NCBI GenBank assembly: GCA_963715855.1
Contig: OY970279.1
Coordinates: forward strand, 1,856,363 to 1,920,362
Direction of reading: 5' to 3'
Origin: an uncultured Actinomycetota bacterium
Lineage (GTDB): Bacteria; Actinomycetota; Acidimicrobiia; Acidimicrobiales; RAAP-2
Length of the DNA: 64,000 nucleotides
Below the pieces are notes generated by a model. That model did no database searches and was not told where the DNA came from. It worked only from the letters and a program-made list of their open reading frames with translations. The position numbers and the translations under genes are program-made. Within the stretch, counting starts at the first letter, position 1. Each line of letters opens with the position of its first letter. Shown here piece by piece: positions 1 through 10,851 of this stretch.

Positions 1-586
1 ATCCCATCAAACGCACCATCTCGAGCTCGTGCAACAGATCGGAGCGATCGGTGATCGTGTTGGCGCTGTGGCGGGGCAGGCCCGACTCGTCGAGCACCTT
101 CATTGCCTCGGACTCGGAGAGGTGGGCCAAGATCACCTTGCCCGCGGCCGTGGCGTGGGGGAGTTCGCGCTGGCCGAGGGGCGTATGGAAGCGCACCGCG
201 CCGCGCCCGTCCACTCGTTCGACGAACACCGGATACCCGTCGTCGTTAGTGGCCAGACGGGCCGTCAACCCCGTCTTCTCGGTCAGGTGGTGCAGGAGCG
301 GCAGGGCGCTCTTGCCCAGTGAGGTCTGCTGAGCGACCAGGTCGCCGTAACGCAGCAGTGCCAGACCGAGCCGATACCGCGGACCCGGCAGGTCGATCTG
401 GAGAAGACCGAACTTGGCCAGGGTGCGAGCGGCGGCGATTGTCGAGCTCTTCGCCATGCCGACGGCGTTGGAAATCTCGGTCAGGGAGAGCCCGCTCTCG
501 CCGGCCGAGGCCACGAGTTCGAGAATCTCCATCGCGCGAGCGACGCTCTGCACTTGGTAGCGATCGATAACGGTTTCGTTCGGCAT
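1..586 (-). CDS. IclR-family transcriptional regulator (3' end runs off window)
   Basis: Manual translation from ATG at 586: MPNETVIDRYQVQSVARAMEILELVASAGESGLSLTEISNAVGMAKSSTIAAARTL (IclR HTH), later HATAAGKVILAHL (effector-domain motif). Not in ORF track because it has no stop in the window. Confidence 0.9.
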   Translation of the reverse strand, partial: MPNETVIDRYQVQSVARAMEILELVASAGESGLSLTEISNAVGMAKSSTIAAARTLAKFGLLQIDLPGPRYRLGLALLRYGDLVAQQTSLGKSALPLLHHLTEKTGLTARLATNDDGYPVFVERVDGRGAVRFHTPLGQRELPHATAAGKVILAHLSESEAMKVLDESGLPRHSANTITDRSDLLHELEMVRLMG

Positions 587-686
587 CAACGAACATAGTA
601 GCGACGCGTGACCATCCGCCGAGAGATGGTTGACCTGTGGGGCGAATCCTGCTTGACTTCAGTTTTGAGTTGACGAACGAGGTTCT

Positions 687-1817
687 GTGATTCCGAACAC
701 CCCAAAGTTGCGTGCGGCGCGCGTCGAGCACGCGCGCCGTCGCATCGGGGAACTGCGAGATCGCCACGGCGGTCGACCGTTGGTGCTGTCATCAGTCGGC
801 GCGGTCGCCTGGGCCACCGGGGGGTTTTCGTCGCCCATCGATCGAGTGGCCGCGAGCGATCCGGTCTGGGTTGTTATCGACGACGACGCGATGACGCTGG
901 TTATGAGTTCGGTCGAGGTCGCGCGCCTGGAGGCAGAGATCGAGCGCGACGGATGGGACGTGAACGTCATGAGCGCGCCGTGGTACGAGCCGCGCGCCCA
1001 TGTTGCGACCGTCGAGAGGTTATTGGGACCGCTCGCCGCGACCTGTCTCAGCGAGGGCGAACTCGGCGAGGACGTGAGCACCGAGCTAATCGCGGCGCGC
1101 CTGTCGTTAGGTGCGGCCGAGCGAACCGTGATGGAGGCGCTTGCGAAGGCGGCCACGACCGCCGTCGAGGGTGCGGCCCACTCGTGGCGTCCCGGCGTCA
1201 CGACGGACTTCGACGTGGCCGCGGAGGTGTCCGCAGAACTCGAGCGAGTGGGAGCGGACGCGGTCTGTCTCATCGTGGGGGGCGACGAGCGGGTACGACG
1301 CTTCCGGCACCCCTTGGCCACGGGTGTTCCCGTCGACGACCTGCTGATGATCGTGGTCGTCGCGCGCAGTCAGGGCCTCCACGTCGCGCTGACGCGAATG
1401 GCCGCGACACGCGCCGACGCGCGGCTGGACGATGACCTTGACCGGTGTGACGCCGTGCACCGTTCGCTTCTTGACGCGTGCCGCGAGGGCGCGACGTGGG
1501 GTGACGTCTACACCGCAATGGGCAACGCGTTCCAGAGGCTTGACGCGCCGCGGGCGTGGCGGGAGCACTTCCAGGGTGGGCCGATCGGTTACGGCCAGCG
1601 CGAGTTCGAACTTTCGCCGACGTCGAACGCGAGCCCGTGGTGGTCCGTCCCAGTGGAGCTCTCGACGGCCATCGCCTGGAACCCGAGCCTGGCCGGAGGT
1701 GCCAAGATCGAGGACACGTACGTGGTGGACAACGCCGGACCCGTTCTCTTGACCGACAGCGGGGCGTGGCCTCGGCGCGGAGGTCCGGGATCGGGGGCCG
1801 CCTTATGGGTTCAGTGA
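687..1817 (+). CDS. M24-family (Xaa-Pro peptidase/creatinase-like) hydrolase
   Basis: 376-aa ORF with RFRHP, HFQGGPIGY and GAKIEDT motifs of pita-bread-fold M24 proteins. Confidence 0.8.
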   Translation: MIPNTPKLRAARVEHARRRIGELRDRHGGRPLVLSSVGAVAWATGGFSSPIDRVAASDPVWVVIDDDAMTLVMSSVEVARLEAEIERDGWDVNVMSAPWYEPRAHVATVERLLGPLAATCLSEGELGEDVSTELIAARLSLGAAERTVMEALAKAATTAVEGAAHSWRPGVTTDFDVAAEVSAELERVGADAVCLIVGGDERVRRFRHPLATGVPVDDLLMIVVVARSQGLHVALTRMAATRADARLDDDLDRCDAVHRSLLDACREGATWGDVYTAMGNAFQRLDAPRAWREHFQGGPIGYGQREFELSPTSNASPWWSVPVELSTAIAWNPSLAGGAKIEDTYVVDNAGPVLLTDSGAWPRRGGPGSGAALWVQ

Positions 1818-1824
1818 AGGAGAC

Positions 1825-2784
1825 GTGATGAAGAACGACAACTCGATCGTGGGCCGGGGAACGCCGCGCGGTAACGCCGGAATCGAGCGAGTCCTGGGCA
1901 GTTATCAGGTCGCCGTGGAGCCCAGTGACGCGCGATTCCCCGACGGCGCCCAGATGCGCGTCGAGATTCCGTCAGTTGAGAACCCGACTGCGATGCGCGA
2001 GGTGCTCGCCGAAGCCGACGCGCTCGGCGTGGTCGTTCACCGGGTGTCCCAGGGCAGCGGCGCGATGCTGCTGAGCGAAGCCGAGCTCACGGAGATGGCG
2101 CGCATGGGGGCCGACCGCGGAGTAGAGGTGAGCCTCTTCATCGGCCCGCGCGAGGAGTTCGGCATCGGAGGTTCAGTGCACGCCAGCGAGGGTCGCGCGC
2201 TGTCCGGTCACCTTCGAGGTCTGCATCAGCTGCGCTACGCCCTCGAGGACCTCACGCGAGCCGTCGAGCAGGGGATCCGCGGATTCCTCATCGCCGACAC
2301 CGGTTTCCTTGGCGTCCTGAGTTCACTGGTGGTCGCGAACGAACTGCCCGACGACCTCGTCTTCAAGGCCTCGGCCGTGCTCGCGCCCTCGAATCCGGCC
2401 ACCTTTCGCCAACTCACCGACCTCGGTGCGTCGACCATCAACGTTCCCTCGGACCTCTCTCTGGTCGAGCTGTGCGAGATGCGCTCAGTTGCGCCCACTC
2501 CCATCGACCTCTACTTGGAGGCACCCGACTCACTCGGTGGGATGGTGCGCGGACAGGAGATTGCCGAGATCGCCCTGGCGACGGCGCCGCTCTACGCGAA
2601 GTACGGACTGCGCAACGCCCGCGCGGTCTACCCCGCCGGATACCACCTGATGGGTGACGTGGTGGACAACGCGCGCGAGAAGGTCCGTCGCGCGTCGCTC
2701 TCGCTGGAGTGGTTGCGTCGCTCGGGTGAGGAGATCACCTTCAGCCTGCCGGGGGCGGCGGGCATCGGGGTCCCTGTCCTGTGA
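1825..2784 (+). CDS. U32-family 'peptidase'-like protein, function unknown
   Basis: 319-aa ORF (RVEIPSVE, HRVSQGSG, PIDLYLEAP) resembling short actinobacterial U32-annotated proteins; stop overlaps the next start (GTGA). Confidence 0.55.
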   Translation: MMKNDNSIVGRGTPRGNAGIERVLGSYQVAVEPSDARFPDGAQMRVEIPSVENPTAMREVLAEADALGVVVHRVSQGSGAMLLSEAELTEMARMGADRGVEVSLFIGPREEFGIGGSVHASEGRALSGHLRGLHQLRYALEDLTRAVEQGIRGFLIADTGFLGVLSSLVVANELPDDLVFKASAVLAPSNPATFRQLTDLGASTINVPSDLSLVELCEMRSVAPTPIDLYLEAPDSLGGMVRGQEIAEIALATAPLYAKYGLRNARAVYPAGYHLMGDVVDNAREKVRRASLSLEWLRRSGEEITFSLPGAAGIGVPVL

Positions 2785-4490
2785 CGCTGCGCTCCAGTGC
2801 CTGGTTCGACGGGGACGACGAGGTCGCCCTAGACGCGCGCGTGGCCATCGCCATGGGCGGCAACCCGCGCCCCCACTCCGGTACCCCCGTCATCGGGCTG
2901 GCGCTAGCCGCGGGCGATCTCAATCCGTGCAATCAGCCGTTGGTGGATCTGGTGCCGCACCTGCGCGCCGGCGTCGTCGAGGCCGGCGGTGTCGCCGTGG
3001 AGTTCCCGGTGATGTCCCTGGGCGAGGACGTGATGAAGCCCGCCGCCATGCTCTATCGGAACCTGGTGGCGATGGAGATCGAAGAGTCGCTGCGCAGTCA
3101 GCCCCTCGACGGCGTGGTCGTTCTGGCGGCGTGCGACAAGTCCGTGCCCGCGGGCCTCATGGGTGCCGTGAGTGCCGAGCTACCCACGCTGCTGTTGGTG
3201 GCCGGACCTCGTCCGGTCGCACACTTCCAGGGTCGCCGAGTGGGCACCGGGACGGACCTGTGGCGCTTATGGGACGAACGGCGCGCAGGACGCCTGAATG
3301 ACGAAGAGTGGGCTGACTTTGAACGCGCGCTGACGCTCGGCCGCGGAACCTGCAACACCATGGGCACCGCGTCATCGATGGGAGTGGTGGCCGAGACGTT
3401 GGGCTTGGCCTGGCCGGGATCCACCTCGATCCCGGCGGGTGACCCACGACACGTTGACGTGGCCCAGGCCGTCGGACGTCGGATCGTCAACATGGTTCGA
3501 ATTGGTCAGCGACCGTCGGCGATGAACCGAGACGCCTTCATCACTGCGGCCCGCGTGCTGAGCGCGATCGGCGGATCGACCAATGTCGTGATCCACCTGA
3601 CCGCCATCGCCCGACGACTGGGCGTCGACCTCAACCTCGACGACTTTGACGTCGCGGGCCGCGCGGTACCCGTGATCGTCGACGTCGAACCGAGCGGGGC
3701 GGGCCTCATGGAGGACTTCGACGCGGCCGGTGGCACGCCGACTCTCTGGCGCTCGTTGGGCGACCTGATCGACACGACGTTGACCGTGGCGTCAGGCGAC
3801 ACCATCGGCGACGCGGCCAACGCCGCCGAGGATCCCCGCGGAGTAATCCGTCCGGTGTCGGACCCCGTCGACGCCGCGGGTGCCTTTCGCGTGGTTCGCG
3901 GCAACCTGGCGCCCGATGGCGCACTCATCAAACGGTCCGCGGCCAGCGTGTCGCTGCTGCAACACCGTGGGCCGGCCCTGGTGTTGCGCTCGGCCGCCGA
4001 AGCCGAACAGTTCGCCCTCACGTCCCAAGACGTAGATCCCGAAAGCGTGATCGTGCTTGCGGGCGCGGGCCCGGTCGGCGGGCCGGGGATGCCGGAGTGG
4101 GGGATGGTGTCACTACCCCCGGACCTGCTCGCGTCCGGGGTGTCCGACATGGTCCGCGTCACCGACGCGCGCATGAGCGGCACGAGCTTCGGCACCGTTT
4201 TCTTGCACGTGGCGCCCGAGGCGGCCGTGGGCGGACCGCTCGGCCTGGTCGAGAACGGCGACCTCATCAGCGTCGACGCCGACGCGGGACTCCTACATCT
4301 CGATGTCGACGATGAGGAGTTGGCACGTCGCCGGAACCGCGCCGCCGGCCCGCGCGACCACGCGCGTGGATATCTTTCTTTCTATGCGGCCCACGTCCAG
4401 CAGGCGCCCGAGGGCTGCGATTTTGATTTCCTGGCGGGGACGCCAGGCGAGGCACCCCGGCTCGTCGAGCCGGTGGTGGGGAGGTCTTGA
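2781..4490 (+). CDS. IlvD/Edd-family dehydratase, probably sugar-acid (aldonate) dehydratase
   Basis: LNPCN, ACDK, GTCNTMGTA and TDARMSGT motifs; EGCDFDFL C-terminus resembles the arabinonate/xylonate dehydratase clade. Confidence 0.88.
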   Translation: MTLRSSAWFDGDDEVALDARVAIAMGGNPRPHSGTPVIGLALAAGDLNPCNQPLVDLVPHLRAGVVEAGGVAVEFPVMSLGEDVMKPAAMLYRNLVAMEIEESLRSQPLDGVVVLAACDKSVPAGLMGAVSAELPTLLLVAGPRPVAHFQGRRVGTGTDLWRLWDERRAGRLNDEEWADFERALTLGRGTCNTMGTASSMGVVAETLGLAWPGSTSIPAGDPRHVDVAQAVGRRIVNMVRIGQRPSAMNRDAFITAARVLSAIGGSTNVVIHLTAIARRLGVDLNLDDFDVAGRAVPVIVDVEPSGAGLMEDFDAAGGTPTLWRSLGDLIDTTLTVASGDTIGDAANAAEDPRGVIRPVSDPVDAAGAFRVVRGNLAPDGALIKRSAASVSLLQHRGPALVLRSAAEAEQFALTSQDVDPESVIVLAGAGPVGGPGMPEWGMVSLPPDLLASGVSDMVRVTDARMSGTSFGTVFLHVAPEAAVGGPLGLVENGDLISVDADAGLLHLDVDDEELARRRNRAAGPRDHARGYLSFYAAHVQQAPEGCDFDFLAGTPGEAPRLVEPVVGRS

Positions 4491-4559
4491 TTGACGTGAC
4501 GTCAATGAAGGAGGCGGCCGCCAGAGCGGTGGTCGTGACGCGTAACGAGGGGAATCGAC

Positions 4560-5855
4560 ATGAAATTCATTAGGAGGAGGGGCGTCGCGGGACTGGCCGC
4601 CGGGGTGGTTCTGGCCGCCACGGTGCTCACCGCGAGCCCGTCGTGGGGTAGTGCCAAGACCACGCTGACCATCTGGGAGAACTACGGGACGGAGCAGAAC
4701 GCCGTCGCGTTGAAGAACCTGGCAACGGCCTTCACCGCCCAGAACCCGTCGATCAAGATCAACGTCGTCTCCCAGCCGGCGAGTAACTACTTCTCGCTAC
4801 TGCAGGCGGCCGCGATCTCCAAGCACGGACCGGACCTCGCGGTGATGTGGACGGGGCTCTACGCGCTGCAGTACTCGAGCTATCTGGTGGGCCTCAAGGG
4901 CCACGTCCCGGCAGCTGACCTGGCCAAGATGCAGGGTCTCAGTTGGATGTCTCCGGGGCTAACCGGGTCCACTGACCCGCTGGTCATGCCCTTGGAGACC
5001 CAGTTCTATATCGGGTTCTACAACAAGAACCTGTTCGCGCGGGCCGGCATCAAGTCGGTGCCGACCGACTGGTCCCAGCTGTTCGCCGCGTGCACCAAGC
5101 TCAAGGCGATTCACGTCACCCCCTTCACCTACGGCAACGGTGGCCAGGCGCTGGGCGCGGAGTTCTACCCCTGGTACGACATGAGCTACATGATGATCGG
5201 GAACTACTCGGTCGGTCAGTGGAAGGACCTGTACAACGGTTCGATCCCGTGGACCTCGGCGGCCAACCAGTCGTCGCTGTCCAACTGGCACAAGCTGTTC
5301 ACGACCGGCTGCACCAACCCTGACGTCCTGACCAAAACCAACAACATCCAGGACTTCGAGAAGGGCAAGGCCGCGATGATCATGGACGGCACGTGGGACA
5401 CTGCCCAGTACACCCAGTCCATGGGCACCAAGGTGGCCGCATTCGTGCCGCCGTTCTCCGCCAAGCCCATCAAGGGCGTGGTGCAGTTCCCCGGTGACGG
5501 CCTGAGCGTGATGTCGTACTCGCCCAACAAGTCCGCGGCGTTCAAGTTCCTGACGTTCATGACCACCGCGAAGGCGGCGACGATCATCAACGCGGCCGGA
5601 CTGATCCCGGACATCACCGGCGCCTCGACCTCTAACCCGGTCAACCAGCAGATGCTCAACTTCGTCACCAGGGACCACATGACGGCGTACCCGATGCTCG
5701 ACAACGTCACCCAGGTGAACGTCGTCAACGCCGGGTCGACCGAACTGCCCACGGTGCTCAACGGACAGGCGACCGCCAAGGCGGCGCTCCAGAAGTTGCA
5801 GCAAACGCTGATGCAGTACCCGGCGTCCCAGCGCGGCAGCAAGTACACCGGTTAA
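4560..5855 (+). CDS. Carbohydrate ABC transporter substrate-binding protein
   Basis: Signal peptide, GPDL and GKAAMIMDGTW motifs, upstream of two permeases. Confidence 0.9.
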   Translation: MKFIRRRGVAGLAAGVVLAATVLTASPSWGSAKTTLTIWENYGTEQNAVALKNLATAFTAQNPSIKINVVSQPASNYFSLLQAAAISKHGPDLAVMWTGLYALQYSSYLVGLKGHVPAADLAKMQGLSWMSPGLTGSTDPLVMPLETQFYIGFYNKNLFARAGIKSVPTDWSQLFAACTKLKAIHVTPFTYGNGGQALGAEFYPWYDMSYMMIGNYSVGQWKDLYNGSIPWTSAANQSSLSNWHKLFTTGCTNPDVLTKTNNIQDFEKGKAAMIMDGTWDTAQYTQSMGTKVAAFVPPFSAKPIKGVVQFPGDGLSVMSYSPNKSAAFKFLTFMTTAKAATIINAAGLIPDITGASTSNPVNQQMLNFVTRDHMTAYPMLDNVTQVNVVNAGSTELPTVLNGQATAKAALQKLQQTLMQYPASQRGSKYTG

Positions 5856-5869
5856 CCCTCGGTAGCGTG

Positions 5870-5900
5870 ACCGGCCGGCGCATGACGTGCGCCGGCCGGT
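5870..5900 (+). terminator. Perfect 13-bp hairpin after the SBP gene (partial terminator or mRNA stabiliser)
   Basis: ACCGGCCGGCGCA-TGACG-TGCGCCGGCCGGT between the SBP and permease genes. Confidence 0.65.
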
Positions 5901-5925
5901 ACGCCGCCTCGACGAGAGTGATTAG

Positions 5926-6858
5926 TTGAGCCTCAGTTCCACCATCGCGGTCCCGCGTCCCGAGGCACCGGTGCGACGCCGCGCGGTGCCGTCACTGCTC
6001 ACGCGTCGTCGCCGTCGCGTGGGGGTCGTGCTGACCCTGCCAGCGTTCATTCTGGTGGGCCTGTTGATCGTGTGGCCGATCCTGCAGGCCGTTTACTACT
6101 CGATGACCAACTGGGATGGACTGACCACGAAGTGGGTCGGCCCGAGTACCTGGTGGCAGGCCTTCCACAATCCGACGATGTGGCGCGCCCTGGAGAACAA
6201 TGCGCTCCTGCTGCTAGCGGTGCCCTTCGCGCTGGCGCTGCCGCTCGCGGTGGCGGTCATGCTGCACCAGCGCGTCGCGGGCTGGAAGGTGTTCCGGTCC
6301 ATCTACTTCCTGCCCACGGCCATCTCCTGGGTCGTGATCGGGTTGGTGGCCGAGCACTTCTTCGCCTATTCGGGCACGTTGAACTCGCTGCTGCACCACG
6401 TCGGCGTGTCCGGGGCCCACACCGACCTGCTCGGGTCGGAGTCGACGGCGTTGATCGCGTTAGGCATCACGTTCGTCTTCTCGATGATCGGGACCAACAC
6501 GATGATCTTCCTGACCGGACTGGCGACGCTCGACACCAGCCTGGAGGAGGCCGCGCGCATCGACGGCGCCGGCACCTGGCGGATCTTTCGCCACATCACC
6601 TTGCCGCACCTCAGCCGGTTCATCCAGCTGGCCTTCGTGATGACCGTCATCTCCGCGTTCTCGGCGCTCTTCAGCCTGATCTTTGTCATGACCGGTGGTG
6701 GTCCGGGCTACGCGACAACGACCATGGAGTTCCTCGTCTACCAGACCGGCTTCAACCAGTCCCAGTTCGGGACCGCCGCGCTCTACGGGCTCATCCTCTT
6801 CGTAATCACCGCCGTCGTGGGGGTCATCCAGCTGCGCCTGATCGGGGCGAACGACTAG
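5926..6858 (+). CDS. Carbohydrate ABC transporter permease
   Basis: Multiple TM segments, EAARIDGA (EAA loop). Confidence 0.92.
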   Translation: MSLSSTIAVPRPEAPVRRRAVPSLLTRRRRRVGVVLTLPAFILVGLLIVWPILQAVYYSMTNWDGLTTKWVGPSTWWQAFHNPTMWRALENNALLLLAVPFALALPLAVAVMLHQRVAGWKVFRSIYFLPTAISWVVIGLVAEHFFAYSGTLNSLLHHVGVSGAHTDLLGSESTALIALGITFVFSMIGTNTMIFLTGLATLDTSLEEAARIDGAGTWRIFRHITLPHLSRFIQLAFVMTVISAFSALFSLIFVMTGGGPGYATTTMEFLVYQTGFNQSQFGTAALYGLILFVITAVVGVIQLRLIGAND

Positions 6859-7706
6859 TGAGCACCGTCACCGTTCCTACCCCCGGCGTGCGTTCGCCGC
6901 GGCGCCGACGCGTTACGCGCATGCTCATTTTCGGTGCGATGGTCGTGATGGCCGTCGTGATGCTCTATCCGTTCGCGGTGATGATCCTCACCAGCTTCAA
7001 GACCCAGGCCCAGTACTACGCGGGCTCTGGCAGTTCGACCCAGAGCTGGCGTCAACTGGCCTCGGCGCTACCCATCTACCAACAGTTGCTCAACTCGACC
7101 ATCGTGTGCAGCGCGTCCATCGCGGTGATCCTGGTCGTGGGCGTGATGGCCGGGTTCGCGTTCGCCAAGCTCCAGTACCGCTTCGCCAACCTGATCTTCC
7201 TCGGCATCGTGAGCGCGATGATGGTGCCGCTGCAGGCGATCATCATCCCCGAGTACGTCAACGTCGCGCGCTTCGGTCTCACCAACGGCTATCTCGGCGC
7301 GGTCCTGGTGTACGCCGCGTTGGGAACGCCCTTTTCGATCTTCCTCTTCACCACGTACTTCCGCCGGGTCCCCGACGAGCTGGTCGAGGCCGGCATCTGT
7401 GACGGCCTCGGATACTGGGGCGTGCTGTGGCGCCTGGCGCTGCCGATGGCGCTGCCGGCCATCGCCACGGTGACCGTGTTGCAGTTCATCCAGATCTGGG
7501 ACGACCTATTGGTGGGACTGCTCTTCTTGCAGAACCCCGCCGAGAGGCCCATCACCGTGGGCCTGGCCGCATTGGCCGCCGGGCGCACGACGTCGATACC
7601 GCTGCTGATGGCGGGCTCTTTGGTGTCGGCGTTGCCAGCCATGCTCGTCTATCTGGGCTTCCAGCGTTTCTTAGTTCGCGGGCTGACGCTCGGGATCGAC
7701 CGGTAG
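6858..7706 (+). CDS. Carbohydrate ABC transporter permease
   Basis: GTG at 6858 overlaps the previous TAG; VPDELVEAGICDG EAA loop. Confidence 0.92.
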   Translation: MSTVTVPTPGVRSPRRRRVTRMLIFGAMVVMAVVMLYPFAVMILTSFKTQAQYYAGSGSSTQSWRQLASALPIYQQLLNSTIVCSASIAVILVVGVMAGFAFAKLQYRFANLIFLGIVSAMMVPLQAIIIPEYVNVARFGLTNGYLGAVLVYAALGTPFSIFLFTTYFRRVPDELVEAGICDGLGYWGVLWRLALPMALPAIATVTVLQFIQIWDDLLVGLLFLQNPAERPITVGLAALAAGRTTSIPLLMAGSLVSALPAMLVYLGFQRFLVRGLTLGIDR

Positions 7707-7714
7707 GAGAGTTC

Positions 7715-8887
<1,173 letters not shown>

Positions 8888-8905
8888 ACAAGCAGAGGAG
8901 CCAAC

Positions 8906-10426
8906 GTGACCCAGGTGCTGTCCACCAATCCCGTGACGGGCGAGGCGACGCCGATCGGCATCGACGAGTCCGATGCCGCCGGCGTCGCCACCGCCACGAT
9001 GGCCGCCGCCGACGCGGCACCGTTGTTCGCGGCAACTGACCTGGCGGGGCGGGCAGCTCAGTTGGACGCGATCGCGGCCGCCCTCGAAGCCGACGCGACC
9101 TCCATCGTCGAGACCGCCGATCGCGAGACGGCGCTCGGGGAGGCGCGCCTGGGCGGCGAACTTCGGCGCACCTGTTTTCAGTTCCGCTTCTTCGCCGACG
9201 TGGTGCGCGATGGCGCATTCTTGGAAGCGAGCGTCGATCACGCGCGCGACACCCCGATGGGTCCTCTGCCGGACCTACGACGCCAGCTCGAACCCTTGGG
9301 TCCGGTGGGTGTCTTCGGCGCATCCAACTTCCCGTTGGCCTTCTCCGTGCCGGGCGGGGACACCGCGTCGGCGTTGGCCGCGGGCTGCCCAGTGGTGGTC
9401 AAGGCCCACCCGGCCCACCCGGCGACGTCGTTGAGGACCTTCACCGCGATGCGTCACGCACTCGACGCGAATGGCGCCCCCACGGGGACGCTGTCACTGA
9501 TCTTCGGGATGGACGCGGGCGTCGCGCTGGTGACGGACCCGCGCGTCACCGCGGTGGGTTTCACCGGCTCGTACGGCGCCGGTCGTTCGCTGTTCGAGTT
9601 AGCGAACGCGCGCGCGACGCCGATTCCGTTCTACGGCGAGCTCGGTAGCGTCAACCCCCTGGTCGTCACGCCGCGCGCCGCCGCGGCCCGCGGCGCGGCG
9701 ATCGGTGAAGGACTGGTCGGGTCGGTGACGCTGGGCGCGGGACAGTTCTGCACGAGGCCCAGCCTGCTGTTCGTACCCGCCGGCAAGGACGGCGACGCCC
9801 TGGTGGACGCCGCGCGCGCCGCGCTGGAGGCTCAGTCGGGCGCCACGATGTTGTCGCGCGCCATTCGTGACCGCTTCGTCGGGGGAGTGGACCGACTGCT
9901 GGGCGTGCCCGGGGTCTCTCTGGTCGCCCGATCGGACACGCCTTCGAGCGACGCCGGGTCGGGTGCCGTCCTGATCGCGACCGATCTCGCGACTCTCACG
10001 GGGCCGAACCGCTCAGACCTGGAGACCGAGTGTTTTGGGGCGATCGGGATCTTCGTTCGCTACGACGACGTCGAGGAGTTACTGGCGACGCTGGCGACGC
10101 TGGAGCCGGCGCTCACCTTCAGCGTGCACGCCGAGTCAGACGAGCCGCTGGGCTCGTCGCTCGTCACCCTGGGCGCGCGCCAGGCCGGACGGGTCCTCGT
10201 CAACGGTTACCCCACGGGTGTCGGAGTGTCGTGGTCGATGCATCACGGAGGGCCGCTCCCCGCCGCCACGTCGAGCCTGCACACGTCGGTCGGGGCGTCG
10301 GCCATGCGACGTTGGCTGCGACCCATCTGTTACCAGGCCCTGCCGGACGAGTGGCTGCCACCGGCGTTGCGTGATGCGAATCCCTGGGGTGTGCCGCGTC
10401 GCGTTGACGGCGTGCGCGAAGGCTAA
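8906..10426 (+). CDS. NADP-dependent aldehyde dehydrogenase, alpha-ketoglutaric semialdehyde dehydrogenase-like
   Basis: FGASNFPLAFSV, VKAHPAHP, GQFCTRP, PTGVGVSWSMHHGGP. Confidence 0.85.
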   Translation: MTQVLSTNPVTGEATPIGIDESDAAGVATATMAAADAAPLFAATDLAGRAAQLDAIAAALEADATSIVETADRETALGEARLGGELRRTCFQFRFFADVVRDGAFLEASVDHARDTPMGPLPDLRRQLEPLGPVGVFGASNFPLAFSVPGGDTASALAAGCPVVVKAHPAHPATSLRTFTAMRHALDANGAPTGTLSLIFGMDAGVALVTDPRVTAVGFTGSYGAGRSLFELANARATPIPFYGELGSVNPLVVTPRAAAARGAAIGEGLVGSVTLGAGQFCTRPSLLFVPAGKDGDALVDAARAALEAQSGATMLSRAIRDRFVGGVDRLLGVPGVSLVARSDTPSSDAGSGAVLIATDLATLTGPNRSDLETECFGAIGIFVRYDDVEELLATLATLEPALTFSVHAESDEPLGSSLVTLGARQAGRVLVNGYPTGVGVSWSMHHGGPLPAATSSLHTSVGASAMRRWLRPICYQALPDEWLPPALRDANPWGVPRRVDGVREG

Positions 10427-10431
10427 GTCAC

Positions 10432-10848
10432 GTGGTGCGCCTCAACGAGAACTCGCGGCGCGCACTTTCTGCCGGGCGCCTCGGGCACCTGGTCACGGTG
10501 AATGAGGACGGTAGTCCTCAGGCGAGTGTCGTGTGGATTGGAGTCGACGGCGACGACGTCGTGGTGGGTCACCTCATGGGTGGCCAAAAGGTGCAGAACA
10601 TCCGGCGTGATGCGCGTGTGGTGCTCACCGTGGAGGCCGACGGCGCAAACGAGATCGGCCTCGGTCACTACCTGATCATCTACGCCAACGCTTCGCTGGA
10701 CGAAGGCGGCGCCCCCGAACTTCTGCAGCGCCTCGCCGAGGTCTACCTCGGACCGGGCGTCACGTTCCCCGACTTTGAGGCGCCGCCCGGGCACGTGATT
10801 CGCCTGCGCGTCGAGCGCGTGGGCGGCGTCGGTCCCTGGACCTCGTAG
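10432..10848 (+). CDS. PPOX-class F420-dependent oxidoreductase
   Basis: LVTVNEDGSPQASVVW, KVQNIRRDARV. Confidence 0.85.
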   Translation: MVRLNENSRRALSAGRLGHLVTVNEDGSPQASVVWIGVDGDDVVVGHLMGGQKVQNIRRDARVVLTVEADGANEIGLGHYLIIYANASLDEGGAPELLQRLAEVYLGPGVTFPDFEAPPGHVIRLRVERVGGVGPWTS

Positions 10849-10851
10849 TAG

